Source: a virus
Taxonomy: Duplodnaviria > Caudoviricetes
Reading direction: 5' to 3' (one strand)
IMG/VR virus record: IMGVR_UViG_3300000401_000002
Span: 1 to 60,338 of that record
Length of the DNA stretch: 60,338 nucleotides
This document shows positions 55,850-60,338 of the stretch, piece by piece. A program made the translations under genes and the position numbers. The notes under the pieces were generated by a model that had not been told where the DNA came from, did no database searches, and was given only the letters and a program-made list of their open reading frames with translations. Every line of letters starts with the position of its first letter. The stretch's first letter is position 1.

Positions 55850-56888
55850 TACACTTGAGCCCGTAGATCATAATTATTTTAGCATAGAGTGGGAGACTAC
55901 TCTAAAGTGCAATCTTGACTGTTCATATTGTGGCGACGGTCACGATAATAGTTTGCCTCATCCTAGTTTAGCTGATAGTTTAGATACTGTAGACTTTATT
56001 TTTAAATATACTGACTTACAATTAAAACAAAAACCTAAACATCTACAACACGCTAATTTAAATATATTTGGCGGCGAAAGTTTTTATCATCCTAAAATAT
56101 TAGAAATACTGCGCTATGCACATCATAGAAAACAAGACTACGACTGGAGTATTAGTATTAGTACGATTACTAATGCAGTAGTAAAGGAAAAATTATGGCA
56201 TAGAATTATTCCTTTTGTAGATTATTTTACAGTGAGTTTTCATGCAGAAAGCACTTTGGAACAGCAAGAACTAGTAAGACAAAATATATTATACCTAAAG
56301 AAAATAGATAAGCCATTACATGTAAGTGTAATGATGCATCCTAAACATTGGCAGACTTGTGTAGACATGGTCGAATGGTGTAAAGATAACGACATTAAAT
56401 GTAATGCAAGACAGATAGATCACGATGTTTTAGATTTTCGATTTAATTATAATAGCGAGCAAAGCATATATCTTACAGGGTCTGCGCCAAGTACAATAGA
56501 AAAAATAGGAGGACTTATTGCTAAAGGTATTGACTTGTCTTCAAGCGGTCGTGCCTGTTGTGGCAATATGTCAATGTGTACAAATACATGCGATTCTACA
56601 AAATATATAAAAGGTAATAATTTTAAAGGTTGGCATTGTAGTGTAGATAGATTCTTTTTATACATTAAACAAAACACAGGCGAAGTGTTTACTAATAAAG
56701 ATTGCAAAATGAACTATGAAGGGAAAGTTGCTCCTATAGGATATTTGTCAAACACACAAGCAATTTTAAATAATATAAATTCGTCCACAATAATTTGTAA
56801 AAAGAAAAGTTGTTGGTGTGGACTGTGTGCTCCTAAAGCAAAAACAGAAGAAGACTTTAAAAGGATTATGATCAAATATGTTGAATAA
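55836..56888 (+). CDS. Radical SAM protein with extended Cys-rich C-terminus
   Basis: CNLDCSYC; FGGES; GRACCG, FKGWHC, CKKKSCWCGLC. Confidence 0.9.
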   Translation: MPDFNTLEPVDHNYFSIEWETTLKCNLDCSYCGDGHDNSLPHPSLADSLDTVDFIFKYTDLQLKQKPKHLQHANLNIFGGESFYHPKILEILRYAHHRKQDYDWSISISTITNAVVKEKLWHRIIPFVDYFTVSFHAESTLEQQELVRQNILYLKKIDKPLHVSVMMHPKHWQTCVDMVEWCKDNDIKCNARQIDHDVLDFRFNYNSEQSIYLTGSAPSTIEKIGGLIAKGIDLSSSGRACCGNMSMCTNTCDSTKYIKGNNFKGWHCSVDRFFLYIKQNTGEVFTNKDCKMNYEGKVAPIGYLSNTQAILNNINSSTIICKKKSCWCGLCAPKAKTEEDFKRIMIKYVE

Positions 56889-58098
56889 ACTTATTAAACA
56901 TAATCTAGGTCCTAGTATGTGTACTGCAAAATGGACTAACAGTACAATACATCTTGGGATTGGACGTACACACAGTTGCCACCATCCGCATCCTCATCAA
57001 ATTCCGTTGATAGAAATTGCAAGTGATCCTGCTGCATTACATAATACACAACACAAAAAACAAGTAAGAAAACAAATGTTAGAAGGCACGTGTCCTAGTG
57101 AGTGTAATTATTGTTGGAATATAGAAAACGCAGGAGGCACAGGCGATCGTGTGCTAATGACACGTAAGGACGGAATACGTGAATACTTTAAAATTAAAAA
57201 TACACAGTGGGATGATAATTATGATCCTACCTACTTAGAAGTAAGTTTTTCTAATGTATGTAATTTTGCTTGTGCGTATTGCGGACCAGAATACAGCAGT
57301 AAATGGCATAGCGAAATAAAGCAGTCTCGCTATCCAAATAACTATAACAGTATACATGTAGAACAAATACCTGACAAAGAACAAAATCCTTATATTGATG
57401 CTTTTTGGAAATACTTTCCAAACATTTATAAAAATTTAAAAGTTCTACGCATTACTGGCGGCGAGCCATTTATGAGTAGACATACTGAAACTTTATTAAA
57501 TTTTATAAAGCATAATCCTAATAAAAAACTTACACTGATCATTAACAGTAATTTAGGCATACCAAATACATTATTCAATAAGTATGTTGAGATGCTAAGA
57601 AGCATAAAGCAATATGTAAAAAAAATAGAAATTGCTACTAGTGGAGAAGGATATCAAGAGCGCGGCGAATATGTTAGGGACGGATTAAATTACAATCAAT
57701 GGAGAAGTAACTGCGATATTATAGCAAAACATTTTTATTTAAACATAATGTGCGCATATAATATTTTTAGTGTTACTAGCTTTGAACAATTTTTACACGA
57801 TATTAAAACAATAAAAAATGTAAAAGTTAGTATAAGTGCTGTTAGAGATCCTGCATTTATGAGTGCATCTGTAATGCCTTTGGGTTGGATGAATTATATG
57901 CACGAGCAGTTAGAATATATCAAACGTAATTTTCCTAGAGAAACACAAGAGCGATTTAAACAAGTAATGGCACATGCTAAAATAAAAACTAACAAAACTA
58001 ACGAACTTGTGTCATTTATAAAAGAATACGACAAACGCAGAAACAAAAACTTTGCAGAAGTTTTTCCTGAATATAAATTTATAATTCAACAGTTGTAA
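56878..58098 (+). CDS. Radical SAM protein with N-terminal twitch-like domain (close paralog of 42003-43385)
   Basis: MCTAKW..HSCHH..CNYCW; CNFACAYC; ITGGEP; YDKRRNKNFAEVFP. Confidence 0.92.
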   Translation: MLNKLIKHNLGPSMCTAKWTNSTIHLGIGRTHSCHHPHPHQIPLIEIASDPAALHNTQHKKQVRKQMLEGTCPSECNYCWNIENAGGTGDRVLMTRKDGIREYFKIKNTQWDDNYDPTYLEVSFSNVCNFACAYCGPEYSSKWHSEIKQSRYPNNYNSIHVEQIPDKEQNPYIDAFWKYFPNIYKNLKVLRITGGEPFMSRHTETLLNFIKHNPNKKLTLIINSNLGIPNTLFNKYVEMLRSIKQYVKKIEIATSGEGYQERGEYVRDGLNYNQWRSNCDIIAKHFYLNIMCAYNIFSVTSFEQFLHDIKTIKNVKVSISAVRDPAFMSASVMPLGWMNYMHEQLEYIKRNFPRETQERFKQVMAHAKIKTNKTNELVSFIKEYDKRRNKNFAEVFPEYKFIIQQL

Positions 58099-59161
58099 TA
58101 CGATTCCAAATGTTTTTAAAATTGTCTAGCTCTTTAGCTTTTGGAATACACATACCGCACCCACATCTTGCATTAGGACAAATAATAGGTTTGCTAACAT
58201 TTATTTCGTTGAGCATTTTTTGCGTATTGTCTAGATTTCCAATTGGTCCAACTGTTCCGTCTTTACGTGCTTGACATGTTTGATGATGATATACGTTGCC
58301 GGTTTCTTGATCAATGTGTAAAAAGAACCAATCAATCATGCAATGCCATCCTTGGAATTTGTTTTCAACAAGTTTTACTGGTTGCCAATCATTGTTAACT
58401 AACCCTTCTAAACATCTTCCACCGCAGCACTTACGTCCCATTTCAGTTCCTTCTGTTGGCCGCTGTGCTTTATCTTTAATTCCTACTTCGTTCCAAAACC
58501 ATTCTTGTTGTTCTTCGGTATATTCGTGACTGGTTCTTCGCATAACGCCGTCACTGTCTTTGAACCAACCTTTAAATGCAACAGTGCCGTCGCCTATTGG
58601 AACAGGATTATATTTTACATTATTTTCTTTTAAAAATGCACACACTTCTTTGGCTTCTTCAAAGTAATCACAGTGTAGCATAACATTTACTTGTAGCCAT
58701 ATATCGTGTTCTTTAACTTTTAGAATATTGTGCAGCACACGATCTTTTAATTTTTTATCTGCTTCGGCATGCCAGCTAATAGTAATACCGTCAATATATG
58801 TAGAAATTTTATCTATGTCTTTTTCAGGCCAGGTTCCGTTTGTAGTTAATCCTACATTGTATCCTTCGTGTTCTTTAATGTATTTTACAATTTCCCAAAA
58901 TTTAGGATTAACAGTAGGTTCGCCACCGGTAAAGTCAATATTTACATGTTGCGGATCTTTTTTAAATGAATTATACTTACTGGTCCAGTCTTTAATAAAA
59001 TTAAAAGTATCCTTCATAGACTCTAAACTAGCATGAGGACTAGTATTATTATGTCTGCTGGCTTCGCAATATGTGCAGTCGTAATTACAGCGTCTGCCAA
59101 GATCCCAGGTAACCATCATTGGTTCTGGATTAGTTAAATTTATAGCAGTTGTTTTAATCAT
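58079..59161 (-). CDS. Radical SAM protein with extended Cys-rich C-terminus
   Basis: CNYDCTYC; FTGGEPT; GRKCCG, FQGWHC, CPNARCGCGMC. Start moved to ATG 59161 (track used 59242). Confidence 0.9.
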   Translation of the reverse strand: MIKTTAINLTNPEPMMVTWDLGRRCNYDCTYCEASRHNNTSPHASLESMKDTFNFIKDWTSKYNSFKKDPQHVNIDFTGGEPTVNPKFWEIVKYIKEHEGYNVGLTTNGTWPEKDIDKISTYIDGITISWHAEADKKLKDRVLHNILKVKEHDIWLQVNVMLHCDYFEEAKEVCAFLKENNVKYNPVPIGDGTVAFKGWFKDSDGVMRRTSHEYTEEQQEWFWNEVGIKDKAQRPTEGTEMGRKCCGGRCLEGLVNNDWQPVKLVENKFQGWHCMIDWFFLHIDQETGNVYHHQTCQARKDGTVGPIGNLDNTQKMLNEINVSKPIICPNARCGCGMCIPKAKELDNFKNIWNRITTVEL

Positions 59162-60056
59162 TTTTAACCTTTGTAAGAGGGATATCAGCAGCACATGTAC
59201 ACCATTTACGAGTACATATAATAGGAGCATCTGGCATTTCAAAATCGCCTTTGTATATATTTCCTAAGCTCCCACCTACTCTGCATGTAGCTCGATGTAC
59301 ATCACCGTCCCAGTTGATCATTAGACTCTCAATACCTGCATTACACGACCAGCCTTCAAACTGGTTCTTATGTTCTTTTATAATATCATTAGCATGTATT
59401 AGTTCTTCGTCGTCTACTACACAATTAGGTTTAGCAGTAGACTTTTGACCTAAGAGCCATTCTAAATCTTTTGGCTGATATCGCATGTCGTCAAACCAAT
59501 CATGTTTTTCTGTCCAGCGTATGCGTCTAACAACATAGGGTATGTCATGTCCTTCAAACAATGCTGCACACTGTTTGACTCTATCCATGTGTTCGTGATG
59601 TGCCATTAGGTTAACTTGAAACGGAATACCTCTTTCCATTTCGTTTAGTTGTGCCCAATACAGTACATTGTTAGCACATCGTTGCCAGTTGTCGTCATCT
59701 TCTACGTGCAAACTGAATACATAGTGGTTTACAGGAAGTCTAGCATAAAGTTTGTGTGGTAATGTGCCATTGGTTGTAATGTTAATCCAGTCTAGTCTTT
59801 GTACAGCATGTTCTACTATCTCTATAATATGAGGGTGAACACATGGTTCTCCGCCAGTAAAACTCAATCGAACAGGTCTGTCTAGTTCTGCTAGTGCATC
59901 AATTGTGTCTAGCATTACTTTTACTTCTGTATGCGGGCTAAAGTTGTCGTGTATTTCTGCAGGACAGTAGGTACAGTCTAGATTACAGCGTTTTCCTATG
60001 TTCCATTCGACATGAATACTATCTTTGTGATCCCAGCGACTTTCAACTTTATACAT
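59154..60056 (-). CDS. Radical SAM protein with C-terminal Cys domain
   Basis: CNLDCTYC; FTGGEP; NQFEGWSCNAG..ATC..CTRKWCTCAAD. Confidence 0.9.
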   Translation of the reverse strand: MYKVESRWDHKDSIHVEWNIGKRCNLDCTYCPAEIHDNFSPHTEVKVMLDTIDALAELDRPVRLSFTGGEPCVHPHIIEIVEHAVQRLDWINITTNGTLPHKLYARLPVNHYVFSLHVEDDDNWQRCANNVLYWAQLNEMERGIPFQVNLMAHHEHMDRVKQCAALFEGHDIPYVVRRIRWTEKHDWFDDMRYQPKDLEWLLGQKSTAKPNCVVDDEELIHANDIIKEHKNQFEGWSCNAGIESLMINWDGDVHRATCRVGGSLGNIYKGDFEMPDAPIICTRKWCTCAADIPLTKVKND

Positions 60057-60338
60057 ATGGAGTAAACTCCGGGTTTACTGAAAGAAAATCTTGTCCTCTA
60101 GTTTTGTCTAATCTGCGATTAAATTCAACACAGTCTGCCCAGTGTGTATCATACATACATTTTGCTTCTAAAAAGTTAATGTTATCTTGTATTTGTTGCA
60201 ATGTAACAGTCTTTAACAAATCGTGCTCTTGCACTAAAGGATACTCTAATACATCTGCCTTCATCATTTCAAGTTTGCGAACTACACGCTGTTTTAGTTT
60301 AGGTGGCAACACTTGCGCACTCAGTGCCATAGGATAGT
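60049..60338 (-). CDS. C-terminal fragment of another N-twitch-type radical SAM protein (5' end outside the window)
   Basis: Frame open to the window edge; ends FNRRLDKTRGQDFLSVNPEF, matching the D-x2-R-x3-F-x3-PE tail of the N-twitch paralogs. Confidence 0.7.
   Translation of the reverse strand, partial: YPMALSAQVLPPKLKQRVVRKLEMMKADVLEYPLVQEHDLLKTVTLQQIQDNINFLEAKCMYDTHWADCVEFNRRLDKTRGQDFLSVNPEFTPYV

Noticed and set aside
2847-60337. Numerous 60-120 aa antisense or alternate-frame ORFs inside long genes (e.g. 2847-3179, 31823-32140, 43670-43987, 49251-49610, 58728-59036)
   Set aside because: Fully nested in well-supported genes, with Ser/Leu/Ile-rich shadow composition and no translation signals.
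1-60338. CRISPR array, tRNA genes, IS/transposase or integrase
   Set aside because: No regularly spaced direct repeats, cloverleafs or recombinase motifs seen; almost all sequence is tiled by phage genes.
1-60338. Stop-codon reassignment, as in some jumbo phages
   Set aside because: Genes tile densely in code 11, including a 15-kb ORF, and TAA, TGA and TAG all end genes at sensible boundaries.
42003-60338. Naming the rSAM genes moaA, pqqE, nirJ, queE or nrdG
   Set aside because: Only generic CX3CX2C and GGEP motifs match; partner genes (moaC, pqqA-D, queC/D, nrdD) are absent from the window and domain orders differ.
38535-60338. RiPP cluster with a precursor peptide
   Set aside because: No short sense-strand ORF with an RBS in the island, and no RRE/PqqD domain, peptidase or exporter recognised. 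A precursor outside the window cannot be excluded.

Overview
AT-rich fragment of a large T4-like (myovirus, probably jumbo) phage genome in standard genetic code, with three blocks. (1) 1-5641, minus strand: gp55-like late sigma factor, gp47/gp46 (Mre11/Rad50-like) recombination nuclease, a small Hc1-like basic protein and a stand-alone GIY-YIG nuclease. The nuclease is followed directly by a ~440-nt highly base-paired non-coding segment (candidate large ncRNA) and then a late gene cut by the window edge. (2) 5726-38476, plus strand: late virion module under NNTAAATA promoters, with baseplate genes (gp53, hub, gp5, gp25, gp6-like), a giant 5153-aa baseplate protein, three paralogous tail fibres and two paralogous tail proteins. 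(3) 38535-60338: ~22-kb modification island under sigma70-type promoters, with 12 complete plus 1 partial radical SAM Fe-S enzymes in three architectures, 4 GT-A-type and 1 degenerate GT10-like glycosyltransferase, an SGNH esterase and a methyltransferase. The two best candidates for undescribed systems are the radical SAM/glycosyltransferase island and the GIY-YIG + structured RNA pair. All calls come from reading motifs by eye; no searches or folding programs were run.
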